64,000 bases of DNA from Octopus sinensis (GCF_006345805.1 NC_043002.1:11656001-11720000), one strand, 5' to 3'; shown: positions 51,807-64,000, counted from the first letter of the stretch. The notes: generated by a model from the letters alone, not told the origin. Numbers and translations are program-made.

Positions 51807-53734
51807 TATTGAGAAAAACTGAAATTAAAAGGATTCATAAGTAAAAACTAGTTGAGAACAACTTGTTTAGAACAACATAGGAAAGCAAAAGAAAAAAACA
51901 TGTAACCCTGACGTTTGTTGAAATGATCCACACCTAATGTTTTTTATTTCTTATCTTATGAATTCCGTGAATATGTGTTTAGTACGTGGGGTTCGTATTA
52001 ACATGGAATTCGGGTTGCTTACTTTTTTTGTCTAAAATACTTACTTTTTACATAGCTGTTTTATAAATATCAAAAGAACACGAAGAGAATATTAGAGGAT
52101 TAAAAAGAAAGTTCGCACCATCTTCAGTTAAACTTGTAAGTCGGAACTCATCAAAAGATAATTAATCTTTTGATGGGTTCCGTCTTACTACAGCTTCTTT
52201 GCCATTGAACTCATATTCTGAGCTCGCATTCATATTTTGCTTCTTAAGCTGCTTATGTTTTTAAAAGAAACGAAAAGAAATATCTACTGTAATAAACTAA
52301 CCTTAAAATATATTTTTGTCAATATATCGCAGTAGTGCCGTTATATTTTATAATTTTTTTAATGATTTTTCTGTGTGGTATCGAGATATAAATTCAGATA
52401 GCAGGAGGACTAAACGAAATGTAGTGAAAATATTTAGTACAGCGCCTTACACTCATTACTTTTACGCCGTTTTTTTTTCGTTTTCTCAGTAATTATCACA
52501 CCTCTCTACATCCTCACACCATCTACTCTCCAACCAATGGCATCAGAAAGCGTTAAATATAGCCAACCACCAGACTCATCCACATAAACATGGCGCGCAT
52601 AGAAAAGTAAAATAAAAAAAGTAAAACAAATTCACATTATTCGTATCACATGTCGAAGTCATAGAAAAATGATTTATAAATTTAGTGTCTTTACGTTGCT
52701 GTATTTCGACAACAGAAAGACGGCGAATAGAGTGTTACACAAAATACCTTGACATATTTGATCCAGCTCTCTGCGCCTTCGAGTTCAAATCCCATCGAAG
52801 TCAGATTTACCTTTCTCCATATCTGGTTCGATAATTTAAAGTAAAAGACGAGGGTTGCGTATTAACAGAATTGTTTGAACTTTCGACCAATTCTTTGCAG
52901 TGCTTGTCCCAGCTCTGTGCGTTCCGAGTTCAGATCTCGTCAAAGTCACTAGGTGTATTGGCAGAATTATTCAAGCGTGTTACGAGATGCTTTCAAATTA
53001 TATTCATTTTTGAATTCTGGGTTTTTGGGAGGTATACATAAACCATTATCTTGGTTTAACACCACCACCCAGCAGAGTTTATTCTATAGCAATCAGTCCG
53101 GCCAAATGTCCGGTTTCTCCCACCAGTATTGGAAGCCCTGGAATCTTAAGGGTCATAGCAGCTGCTTTCTCCTTCCTTATTAAAAGCTTAACAGAACAAT
53201 AACAATCCAGAATTAACTACACACCATATAAGGCAGCAGACAAGTCATCATTACAGTGTAAAATACTGGTTTTACTGTCACACTCTATATGAGTAGGAAT
53301 GAAATTCCAGTAGGTCAACATCCTAGGAGAAAAGGATCGGGTATAATGGCTAGTGCAGGTCCTAATCACATTTTATGCAATTTTCCGTGGCCCAACGGAT
53401 AAGCAACAGCCTTCTCTCCCAGCATTACGGATTCAGATCCTGTCATCCGCCAAATAAAATATTTCCATTCAATTTACTGTTAGATTTCACACAACCATCA
53501 GGAGCGCGAAACGCACGTCATGAACGTAAGTTCGTGAGATGGTAGTGATTTGTAAAGAGTTTTGAGTAGGAACCAGAAAGAGAAGTATGAACAAGCAATG
53601 TGTACACTGAATTCGTAAAACGGAAGAGAAGAATAAAAACGCAATGCGGCGGGTGTCAAAGTAAAATGGAGGAGTATAAAACATTATCATGCACCTTTGC
53701 GGCAATTTTCTTTTTTCGGAATTGAGGCATATTT

Positions 53735-53941
53735 CTTTTATCTTTTACATGTTTCAGTCATTGGATTGCGGCCTTGTTTGGACACCGTCTTGCAGAGTTT
53801 AATCAAATAAATAGACTCCAGTACATATTTTTCTATCGGTTTGATTATATCGAACCGATAAGATACAGGGATGTAACTTACCGGTTGTCAAGCCGTGAGG
53901 GAAATATATACAAACACAACCACACACACATACACACACTT

Positions 53942-53981
<40 letters not shown>

Positions 53982-54135
53982 GATAGGCTTCCACATATTT
54001 TCCGTTTACCATATTCGTTCACAAAGCGTTGGTCGGACTCAGTCTACAGTTGAAGACACTTGCTGAAAGTGCCGCGCAGTGGAATTGAACGTGACACCAT
54101 ATTGCAAGAAAGCAAGTTTCTGAAACACGTAGCCA
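53735..54135 (-). mobile_element. SINE family B, diverged
   Basis: TTTCAGTCATTGGATTGCGGCC..AAGACACTTGCTGAAAGTGCCGCGCAGTGG. Confidence 0.75.
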
Positions 54136-54287
54136 CCGTCGAAGTATATATAAAGTTTGGCACAATTTTTTACAATATAGAGACTTATGTTTTGGTATAC
54201 AAAGCATAATAGGCAATGAAGATGTGTTGGAGAGAAAGGTAAGGAGAGTATAGTTGAGTTGAGAGAAAGGAATACAGAAGCGTGAAC

Positions 54288-54665
54288 ATAGGCACAGGCG
54301 TGACTGTGTGGTAAGAAGTTTGTTTCCCAGCCACATGGTTCCGGGTTCAGTCCCATTGTGCGCCACCTTACGCAAGTGTCTTCTACTATAGCATTGTGAG
54401 TGAGGTTGGTAGACGGAAACTGAAAGACGCCCTTTGTGTATGTATATGTATATATATATCTTCATGTGTTTGTGTCTTTGCTTGTCGCCCTACCATCGCT
54501 TGACAACCGAATTGATGTGTTTATGTCCCCGAACCTAGCGGTTTGACAAAAGAGACCGATAGAATAAGTACTAGGCTTACAAAGAAAAAGTCTTGGGGTG
54601 GATTTGTTCGACTAAAGGCGATACTCCAGCATGACCGCAGTCAAACGACTGAAACTAGTGAAAGA
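54288..54665 (+). mobile_element. SINE family B, head-to-head with 53735-54135
   Basis: AGGCACAGGCGTGACTGTGTGGTAAG..CAGCATGACCGCAGTCAAACGACTGAAAC. Confidence 0.85.
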
Positions 54666-54959
54666 GGATTCGGTTTCGAATTTTCCATTCTAAGATATGT
54701 TATTCTGACACAGCTAAGAAGTCATCAATAGTTGTAATATCATCAACAGCTTTAGTAAGGAGTTGTACTTGCTTCACCAATGCTTCTTTAAAGGTTGCCA
54801 TGTTTCCTTGGGCTACTTTAGAATTATGCATGCATAACTTCTTGTATTCTCATCTTCGAACATTTCATTTTAAACATTGCGATTAACATACATATGGGCT
54901 AGAAGCAATTTTTAGATTTTCCTTAAATCATACACATTTTCATCTGAAAATTATTTTCA

Positions 54960-55250
54960 ACTTACAAACAGCCTGGGTTTCAAGGGCCCTCAGCTTTTTA
55001 ATATTCTCCCAAACAGCCTGAGGAACCTGCACAAAGTGGAAGTACGTGTTTTCAAATCAAAACTGGATCTCATCTTCTCGAGAGTCCCAGATGAACCTAT
55101 CTCACGGAAGGAGGTGCAAATGAGGGTAGCGATATTAAACTCCCTTATTCACCAAATGCCACATATTAGAGAAGGCTCTCAATAATAATAATGTAGCATA
55201 ACGGCGGGGGCCCAGCATGGCCGCAGCACTGAGCCGAAACTGATAAAAAA
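54960..55250 (+). pseudogene. 3' end of a CR1-like LINE including its 3' UTR tail
   Basis: NILPNSLRNLHKVEVRVFKSKLDLIFSRVPDEPISRKEVQMRVA..NSLIHQM, then GGCGGGGGCCCAGCATGGCCGCAGCACTGAGCCGAAAC and an A-rich end. Confidence 0.75.
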
Positions 55251-55466
55251 AGAAAGAAATTTCAGATTAGGACACTCCATATTTTAAAACTATGATAAAA
55301 AAATTTCGAAAAAAAGCCAAAATTTTAGGATTTATAAGGGATTTATGAACAATAAAAATAAATTCCATTATTCTTCCAAATGCTCCATTTTCTGTTTGAA
55401 TATCAAGGAAGTGGGAATTGGTATGGAGATCGCCGATTTATCAAAAAAAAATTATTTTAAACTTCA

Positions 55467-55691
55467 AGTAAAGATTGTTTGCCAACATAACATAGCAGTC
55501 CTGGTTTAGGACATCGTCTCTAGCTGGCTATACGACACGATCTGTGTCCTTATATTTTCTAACAAGGGAATCTAGCACCCCAACTCAGCTCAAAACAATA
55601 TCTGTGTATCGGAAATCGCGATGGGGCTAAATTATAGCAACATTCGGCCTAAACCAGGACTACCATGTTATGTTGGCAAACAGTCTTTACT
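55467..55691. mobile_element. 225-bp MITE with 44-bp TIRs
   Basis: AGTAAAGATTGTTTGCCAACATAACATAGCAGTCCTGGTTTAGG (55467-55510) versus its reverse complement at 55648-55691, 3 mismatches. Confidence 0.75.
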
Positions 55692-56184
55692 ACAAAGTAC
55701 TGTTGCTGAATATCTCACGTTGTGAGATTTTAAAAATAGCAATTAAACTTCAAGCTTTGTCTCACTATTTTTAAGTGCGCAGTGCAAAAACAAAAACAAA
55801 ATAAGAATAAATAAAAACGAAAAAGATTGGGCCAAACTGGTACTGAGTAGGAAGCGTGGTGGGGGTTGAAAGAATTCATGAATTCTCGAATTTTTTTTTT
55901 CTTTCTTAACCGCAAAGACGCCTCTCGTTGCTTTTATGTGCGTAGTGTACAAGAAAAAATAAATGAATAAATAAAAATTGGAAAAATCGGTCTAGAAGTT
56001 GGGGAGGTGCCTATTCCTGAATTTTCAAAAAATTCTTTTCATAAAAACCTTCACATCCATCATTAGAAAGAGTGAAGCGAAAAAACAATTGAAAAATCCC
56101 CGTCAAAACGAAATCAAGCATGTGGGTGTGCTATTCCGCCAAAACATTCTATTGTTGAAAATAAATCACCAATGACGGAATACT

Positions 56185-56345
56185 CAGGAGTGGCTTTGTG
56201 GTAAGTAGCTTGCTTATGAACCACATGGTTCTGAGTTCAGCCCCACTGCGTGGCAGCTCGGGCAAATGTCTTCTACTATAGACTCGGGCCGACCAATGCC
56301 TTGTGAGTGGATTTGGTTTACGGAAACAGAAAGAAGCCCGTCGTA

Positions 56346-56399
<54 letters not shown>

Positions 56400-56512
56400 A
56401 TTATATATATATATTATATATATATGTGTGTGTGTGTGTGTGTATGTGTGTGTGTATACGTTTGTGTTTCTGTGTTTGTCCCCCCAACATCGCTTGACAA
56501 CCGATGCTGGTC
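56185..56512 (+). mobile_element. SINE family B, 3'-truncated at a (TA)n array
   Basis: Family B head and CORE-like domain, ends after AACCGATGCTGG. Confidence 0.85.
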
Positions 56513-56546
<34 letters not shown>

Positions 56547-56548
<2 letters not shown>

Positions 56549-56755
56549 CATTATTGGTGAATTGAAGAAATGGAGCTGAACGCAGATTGAACAGAAATCG
56601 TTTTATTTCATTCTACACGTGTTTCGAAAGGCAGATTGAACAGAAATCGTTTTATTTCATTCTACACGTGCCTTTCGAAACACGTGTAGAATGAAATAAA
56701 ACGATTTCTGTTCAATCTGCGTTCAGCTCCATTTCTTCAATTCACCAATAATGTT
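56547..56755. repeat. Perfect 86-bp inverted repeat of a pLTR-like 3' fragment with a duplicated 37-nt loop
   Basis: Arms 56547-56632 and 56670-56755 are exact reverse complements. The loop 56633-56669 is a direct copy of part of the left arm. The right arm begins GCCTTTC-GAAA-CACGTG-TA-G, the 3' half of a hammerhead. Confidence 0.9.
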
Positions 56756-56904
56756 TTAATTTCAATTATCCGCACCAACGCACGGTTGCAACGCCAGATG
56801 GTTGTACCTCCAACCGTGCTGTTTACTGCTGTGATTTTTGCTACTAAGGTATCGGTTAAACTTTTGATTAATCTACTACAAGATTATTCATCTTTCTATT
56901 TCAC

Positions 56905-56948
<44 letters not shown>

Positions 56949-57402
56949 GTCGATGTTATGCAAAATTGTTTTAAGTCCAAAACGTTGCTTTTTCAGGACA
57001 CGAAAAAAAAAAGTTTTACCATCCCATAGCAAAACCGTTGTTTTACATAATTACATAATTTTTGATATCTTGGCATCTGAAACACTTGGGGATACCATAA
57101 TTTGACCAAAAGAACCGGCTATTGCGAGCAAAGATTTTTAAAAATAGCATTAGGCCACATTTCAACACACGACAGTAACATAATAGCAAGAAGGGTCGTT
57201 CTTTATGTTGTTTGTCTTGTTTTTCATTTATGTCTTTCGATGTTCGAAAAAATAGTTCATATTCCATGTACACGTACTTCGTATTTTTTGTTGAACACGT
57301 TCCATGACGTCCTTGCTCACATATACATACATAACATATATATATATATAATAATATATATATGTATATATATATATATATATCGTATAGATGTGTGTAC
57401 AG

Positions 57403-57447
<45 letters not shown>

Positions 57448-58125
57448 ATATATATACGTATAGATGTGTGTACAGATATATATATATATATTTATATTAT
57501 TATATGATTGAGCGCCAGGAATCCTCTTCCAAGTAAGTTTTATGTTAATAACTCTGATGCAACATCTATACAATCTTCTTACACTTTCGTTATTCTCCCT
57601 TTCTCTCTCTTATTCTTTTATCTCCTCTGCTCCCACTTTTCTGTCCTATTACTCTGTCACTTTCTCTCCCTCACTCATTTTCTTTCGCTCACGAGGCTCC
57701 GACGTGACCATCGGCCATCATTCTTTCTTCTCCTAACTTGTGTTTCTTTCTTCCTCTCTATTGTAGCTGGAACAAAGAAGACGCGTTCTTGTCTGTCTCC
57801 TGTCCAAGCTTTATTTATGCGTTCGCCACCACAACTTTGTTTAGGCTTAGCAGCCCTTCCTGTTTGTTTTCACTGTCCTGTTTGTGTTACCAATTTTGAC
57901 TCTCCGCAAACTAACAAATTTGATTTAATTTGCTTTGCGGGAGAAACTCTTTTATTGAAAGCGTATATTGTTGTTAAATGGTCGAACTACGAGAGTAGGA
58001 AAACGGCCAACAACTGATGAAGAGTCATTTTTTATGATGTTTGTCTTTTCTTCCATTTGTGTCTTTCGTATTTTTTTGTTGTACACGTTTCATGACGTGC
58101 TGTGCCCACATATGCATAGATATAT

Positions 58126-58173
<48 letters not shown>

Positions 58174-58321
58174 ATCATCTATAGCTGAAGATACGCATAT
58201 ATATGTTTGTGCGTGCATGTTTGTATGTACGAGCGTGTGGTGTTTGTATATATTTCTATGCACATATATGCACAGACATCCATATATTTATAGTATATAT
58301 GTATGTATAAATATGTATATA

Positions 58322-58412
<91 letters not shown>

Positions 58413-59117
58413 TGTGAACAGTTTTCGTATGCCTCATTGCAAAAATGCTGCAAAAACTCTTGCTAGAAACTGATGTTGGAAGAGTGTCAAGACGTCCTAG
58501 ATTAGTTTAAAATGTATAATTGTATATCTGCGTGGCAATCTGTTTATCGCAGTTCATGTATAAACTTATTGGATTGGCGTTTAACTATTGAAAGTTATCT
58601 ACGAGTGAGCACACTATTTGAATCAATTTAATGCTCAAGACGGAGAATGTTATCTGATTCTGATATTAATGCAGCTATATAGATATTGCCCGTTCCGTGT
58701 GAAGATAAATAGGTCAGCGTAACATTATCGATAAGGTGATTGCGCTAATGATTATAATATTTAAAATCTCTTTTTCAATTCAATTCAGTTTTATTATCAT
58801 TGTGTTACAAAGATACAACGAAAGCTGATGTACAAAGCACGTTCTATTTATACTGAAAAATCTAAATATGCGTTTATGCTGTGACGAAGAACGATAATTC
58901 GCCATAAAACTATGTATGCTACGCTCGTTTTGTTTATGTCATTAATATATATATACGAATATACGTACATATATGTATGTGTGTGTATGTGTGTGTATGT
59001 GTGTGTGTATGTGTGTGAGTGCGTATGTATATGTGTGTTTAAATAGCGAGATATATATATGCGCACGTATAACCATTTACACGCATATATATATGTGTGC
59101 ATGAGTGTGTGTGTGAA

Positions 59118-59280
59118 TAGGCACAGGAGTGGATGTGTGGTAAAAAGCCTGCTTCCCAACATGATTCCGGGTTCAGTCCCACTGTGTGGCACCTTGGGTA
59201 AGTGTCTCTTACTGGGAGTGACCAAAGCATTTTTGAGTGGATTTGGTAGACGGAAACTGAAAGAAGCCCGTCGTATATAT
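59118..59280 (+). mobile_element. SINE family B 5' half
   Basis: AGGCACAGGAGTGGATGTGTGG..GGAAACTGAAAGAAGCCCGTCG then (TA)n. Confidence 0.85.
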
Positions 59281-59369
59281 ATATGTATATATATATAATA
59301 ACAATTTAATAAATAAAACATATGCATACATACATATATGTACATACCTACATCTATATGTATATATGC

Positions 59370-59424
<55 letters not shown>

Positions 59425-59520
59425 TGTATATATATAGATGTAGGTATGTACATATATGTTTTATGTATGCATGTGTTTTATTTATTACATTGTTATTTAT
59501 ATGACTGAACGCCTCGCGTC

Positions 59521-59542
59521 GTTTCTTTTTCTCCAGGTAAGT
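59521..59542 (+). other. Candidate recursive (ratchet) splice site
   Basis: GTTTCTTTTTCTCCAG|GTAAGT: polypyrimidine tract plus CAG acceptor immediately followed by a consensus donor. Confidence 0.4.
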
Positions 59543-59547
59543 TTTTA

Positions 59548-59590
<43 letters not shown>

Positions 59591-59659
59591 ATTATACATA
59601 CATATATACATATATAATATACATATATATATAGTATATATATATATATCATATAATAT

Positions 59660-59716
<57 letters not shown>

Positions 59717-60227
59717 CTATATAATACATATATATATAAGCGTAAATGAGTAAAGCTCTACCTGTGACAACAACAACGATCACGTGGTAAAAGAAAAACA
59801 CAACAACAAAGCCACATAGAAAAGAGGCAAAAGCGATGCACACAAATATATCTGATCAGCTTCTATCCCATAATTTCAATATGGAGATAACAAGTTAGAT
59901 AACAGGGCGGACTTAAACCGAAATGAATGATGTCAGATAAACTGATATGCAATATGAACGCAGCAGTGGGTTATACGCGTATCTTTGACACCTCCAGTAT
60001 GGCAGCAGATAAATGTTGGTCGAGTTGCCAGAGAAGAAAATCAATTACTTACCAATATGTATATATACAGTAATCCCTCGCCATATTGCGGTTCACCTAT
60101 AGTAGTTCACCTATCGCGGTTCACTTACCGCGGTTTATTATTTAAGCTTATGTCGATTCCTCCGTGGAGTTATTTTGCATTTATAATAAAATAAGTATAT
60201 ACAAACTATAAAAATAATTTTTTTAAA

Positions 60228-60387
60228 TGTAGGAGTGGATGTGTGGTAAATAGCTTGCTTACCAAGCACATGGTAATGGGTTCAAATCCGCTGCACCTTG
60301 GACAAGTGTTTTCTACTATAGCCGACCAAAGCTTTGTGAGTGGATTTGATAGACGGAAAGTGAAAGATGTCCGTCGGTTGTGTGTGT

Positions 60388-60400
<13 letters not shown>
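60228..60400 (+). mobile_element. SINE family B 5' half
   Basis: GTAGGAGTGGATGTGTGGTAAATAGC..TTGTGAGTGGATTTGATAGACGGAAAG. Confidence 0.8.
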
Positions 60401-60419
<19 letters not shown>

Positions 60420-60745
60420 TAAACTTTTTAATAATTTTTGATATTTATATATATTTATAAAAAATATAATAAATCAAAATAAATAAATAAATAAATAAAA
60501 TTAAATAAATAAATGAATAATAAAAAAATAAAAATCTATAAATATAAATTAATAATTTCAATTTTAAATTAAAATAATTTAAATTATTAAATTTTATATT
60601 TTATATATTTTGTATATTATATTAATTATTTTTATTTTTATGTTTTGGTTTATGTTTTCACTATTTGATTTGCCTAATAGTGGTTTTATCTCTAATTTGA
60701 TATATTTATATGTATGCGTGTGTATATATGTGTGTATATATATAT

Positions 60746-63143
60746 AATCACACTGATACTATCCACAATATTGCAGTGGAGAAAACCCTACTCTCCGACC
60801 ATGACATGGTTCTCTGTGATCTGAGATTTCACTGGCCAAAATGCAAAACAAATGTCATCCCTCCTGTTCATCCATTTGACACTATGGATTTCCACAATGC
60901 ACACTGGGAAGCGATCAATAATGATCTTGCACAAGTCGATTGGTCCTCTCACGTACAATACACACCACTAACATTAAAAAGTCCTGGCAGTCACTTGTAG
61001 ACACCATCACGAACATATGTGCAAGACACACCCCATTAAGATCTGCAAACAAATCTAAGTGTCGAATCCCTAGAAATAGAAAATCTCTCATAAGGAAAAT
61101 TAAAAGAATCAACAAAAAGATCAACATGCTGAAATACTGTCAACAGCAAACACCAACCTGACTGCCATCTCGTCGCTAGAGATTAAAAAACATAAACTCC
61201 AAAACAACATGATGTCTATCATCAATAGTCAGCGAAGAGCTGAAGAGGCCTGGGCCATTGAGAAGATCAAACTCAATCCCAAAGTGTTCTTTTCATTTGC
61301 AAAAAAACACAGAGTCACTGGTTCTACTGTTGGCCCTCTGATTGATGAAAATGGTACTCTTCAAGACAATGCCAAAAACCATGGGAGAGATCTTGCAGAA
61401 ACAATATTGCTCGTTTTCTGATATGACTGATCTGGGCTGTATCAGTGATGTTACTCCCCAATACACTTTATCGGACATAACATTTGGCGCTCCTGATGTT
61501 TAGCAGCAATAAAGGAAATGAAGCATAATTCAGCAGTAGGTCCCGATAGGTTCCCTGCTTGTGTCTTGAAGATGTGTCAAAAACAACTTGCACCCCCTCT
61601 AGCCAATCTGTGGCGGAACTCACTGGATGCTGGATATATACCAGATGACCTTCTATCCCAGTCTGTTGTCCCAGTTTTCAAAAAAGGAAACAAATCGCTT
61701 GCCGTGAATTACCGTCCAATCTCACTCACCTCTCATATCATCAGGTATTTGCGAGGGTGCTGAGATCGCGTATGACTCACTTCCTTGAGAGGCATAATAT
61801 GCTGAAACCCAACCAGCATGGATTCGTAATGGGAGAGATTGCCTGACGCAGCTACTGCATCATTTTGATGACATTTTGAGAGCCTTGGGAGAAGGTTCCA
61901 ACACTGATGTCATCTACATTGATTTCAGCAAGGCCTTTGACAGGGTTGATCATAAGATCCTTCTGAGAAAGCTGTCCAATATTGGTGTCACTGGAAAGTT
62001 GCTGCAGTGGATCAAGTGCTTCCTGTCTAACAGAACCCAACATGTTGTAGTCGAAGGAGTCAAATCCAGCCCAGCCAAAGTCAGCAGTGGTGTCCCACAA
62101 GGCACGTGTTGGCCCACTTCTCTTCATCATCTACATAAATGATATTACTGATACCATCAAACACAGTAACATCAGAACCTTCGCTGATGATTCCAAGCTC
62201 CAGAAGGTCATCAATGGCGTGGATGACCGAATAAACCTTCAGTCAGACCTACTGGCTGTTGTCCAATGGGCGGAAAAGAATAACATGTTGCTAAATGAAG
62301 ACAAATGAACTGATCCACTTGGAAGGGAGGACGCTCTGAAACTCCCAATCTCTTCCTTCTGGAGAAATTCTCATGGCATCCAACAACATCAGGACCTGGG
62401 AGTAGTAACAGTGGACAACAACATAAGCTGGGCTACACATATAAGCAGCAAAGTTGACATGGCCCGCAGAATGTGTTCCTGGATTCTCAGAACTCCAGTC
62501 GAGAGATTCCCACGCTATTATCCTTCTCTTCTCCATTTTGTCCGACCCACTTGAATACTGCTGTCCACTGTGCTCCCTTACACAAAACAAAATTATGAGA
62601 ATTGAAGCTCCCCAAAGGTCAATCACAAAAAATAGATGGCATGTCAGACTTTGACTACTGGGGTAGACTAGAGAAGCTGAATTGTACTCACTCCAACGAC
62701 GCCGTGAACGCTACATTATCTGTATGATGTGGAAATATTCCACCCAGCACTGTCCGAATGATGTGGCATCACCTTCAAAATGCATCCAAGGCTTGGACCA
62801 CGTGCCATCCGTCCACAACAAAAATCTAAATCGCATCACATAACGACAATACGGCACAACTATTTCACCTCCATTGGACCTGCTCTCTTCAACATTACAC
62901 CAGGGCACGTCAAAAAAGAAACTGACCACACAAAATTCAAGAAGTCTTTGGACACAAATTCCTTCAAACAGTACCGGACAAACCACCCACACCCGGATAT
63001 GTCTCCGCAAACAATAAACTCTCTGCTCGAATCGAATGGCCTTGGTGCCCAAATCCTGAACGAAAGACTTCACCAGTGGTGCTATTAAGTAGACATGGCC
63101 TGGGCCAATACTGGCCAAAAACACTTTCTACGGTATTCTAAGT
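60746..63143 (+). pseudogene. 5'-truncated CR1/L2-group LINE ORF2 (end of APE endonuclease, reverse transcriptase, 3' UTR), multiply frameshifted
   Basis: LSDHDMV; AVGPDRFP..PVFKKGNK..NYRPISLTSHI; IYIDFSKAFDRVDH; VSSGVPQG; GPLLFIIYIND; FADDSKL; LEYCCPL; GPALFN. Confidence 0.92.
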
Positions 63144-63276
63144 TATATATATATATATATAATATAATATATATATATATATCTATATATATTATATATA
63201 TATAATATATATATATATTATATATATACATATATATACATATATGTATATATGTATATATATAATATATATATCA

Positions 63277-63625
63277 CCGCGTGGCTGTGTGGTAGGAAGC
63301 TTGATTCCCAAAACACATGGTTTTTGGTTCAGTCCCACTGCGTGGCACATTGAGCAAGTGTCTTCAACAATAACCTCGTATATATATGTATATATATACA
63401 TATATATATGTGTGTGTGTGTGTGTTTGTGTTTGTCTGCCCCACCAGCGCTTGACAACCGATGCTGGTGTGTTTACGTCCCCTTAACTTTGCGGTTCGGC
63501 AGACCAATAGAATAAATATTTGGCTTACAAAATAATAAGTCCTGGGTCGATTTGATTCGACGACATGCTGTGCTCCAGCATGGCCGCAGTCAAGATAACT
63601 GAAATAAATAAAAGAGTAAAAGAAT
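63277..63625 (+). mobile_element. SINE family B
   Basis: CGTGGCTGTGTGGTAGGAAGCTTG..GCTCCAGCATGGCCGCAGTC..GAAATAAATAAAAGAGTAAAAG. Confidence 0.85.
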
Positions 63626-63792
63626 ACAGTACAGCGCTGTTTGTACTTCGCGGATTTTCACCAATGGCACGACGTTTAGGAACGTAACATCCGCGGTAGT
63701 CGAGGGATTACTGCGTATATGTGTTACGGTAAAAGTATGTTTTGCTTGCACCAAATATTCTGCGAAGTTGGTATTGATACGATAGATGTATA

Positions 63793-64000
63793 TATTCTTT
63801 TCTATTCTAGGCACAAGGCACGAAATTTTTGGGGAGGAGTCAGTCGATTAGGCGACCTCAGTACGCAACTTGTACGTAATTTATCGAAACAGAAAGGATA
63901 AAAAGTCAAAGTCGACCTCGACGGAATTTGAACTCAGAATGTAAAGACAGACGAAATACCACGAAACATATCGCCTGACGTGTTAACATTTCTGCCAGCT
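63793..64000 (-). mobile_element. SINE family A monomer (type-2 tail), head at window edge
   Basis: TAGGCACAAGGC..AAAGTCGACCTCGACGGAATTTGAACTCAGAATG..TTCTGCCAGCT. Confidence 0.85.

Larger units (their letters stand above)
60068..63713 (+). mobile_element. Tigger/pogo-like MITE split by nested insertions
   Basis: 5' TA-CAGTAATCCCTCG at 60066-60080 and 3' CGAGGGATTACTG at 63701-63713. Internal CGCGG/TTCACCTATCGCGG motifs occur at both ends. Confidence 0.7.

Noticed and set aside
45640-52600. Acceptor-like sites at about 45667, 49900 and 52489 as exon 2 for the 43141 donor
   Set aside because: The phase-1 continuations give short or unrecognisable peptides and two run into SINE sequence; no support without transcripts.
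57190-58115. CTGATGAAG at about 58013 in a repeat end shared with 57190-57325
   Set aside because: Probably a pLTR-like fragment, but no GAAA/stem III half is present, so it was not called a ribozyme.
60746-63143. Potentially active LINE
   Set aside because: 5'-truncated with many frameshifts and stops. Some single-base indels may be long-read errors, but ORF1 and most of the endonuclease are absent.

Overview
AT-rich eukaryotic (animal) genomic DNA, almost entirely interspersed repeats and microsatellites. No CRISPR, rRNA, bona fide tRNA gene or intact protein-coding gene could be recognised. Nearly all ORFs in the supplied track are translations of (TA)n, (TACA)n, (TATC)n, (CA)n or triplet microsatellites. 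The repeat content (tRNA-headed SINE families, mariner/maT relics, CR1/L2-group LINEs, R4/Dong-type RLE elements in TAA arrays) resembles an Octopus/coleoid cephalopod genome; this is an inference, not a database result. Recognisable parts: about 30 copies of four tRNA-derived SINE families (called A-D here), two mariner transposase relics, a mariner-derived 565-bp MITE pair, a Tigger-like MITE split by nested insertions, a 2.4-kb CR1-like LINE and several LINE/RLE 3' fragments, a Helentron-type HINE and other MITEs. The most notable layer is about ten minimal type-I hammerhead ribozyme (HHR) motifs of the Penelope-like (pLTR) kind. They fall in at least four sequence families, several beside (TA)n or (TAA)n arrays and in inverted or snap-back arrangements. 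The best candidate for an undescribed system is a tRNA-headed (Pol III A/B box) SINE-like element whose body carries an intact HHR. It occurs as a head-to-head palindrome at 45872-46492 and as an older diverged copy at 49309-49592. A candidate first exon (ATGA|GTAAGT at 43137-43146) and a textbook recursive splice-site motif (polypyrimidine-CAG|GTAAGT at 59521-59542) suggest the right part may be a long plus-strand intron. Coordinates of degenerate repeats are approximate to about 10-20 nt.
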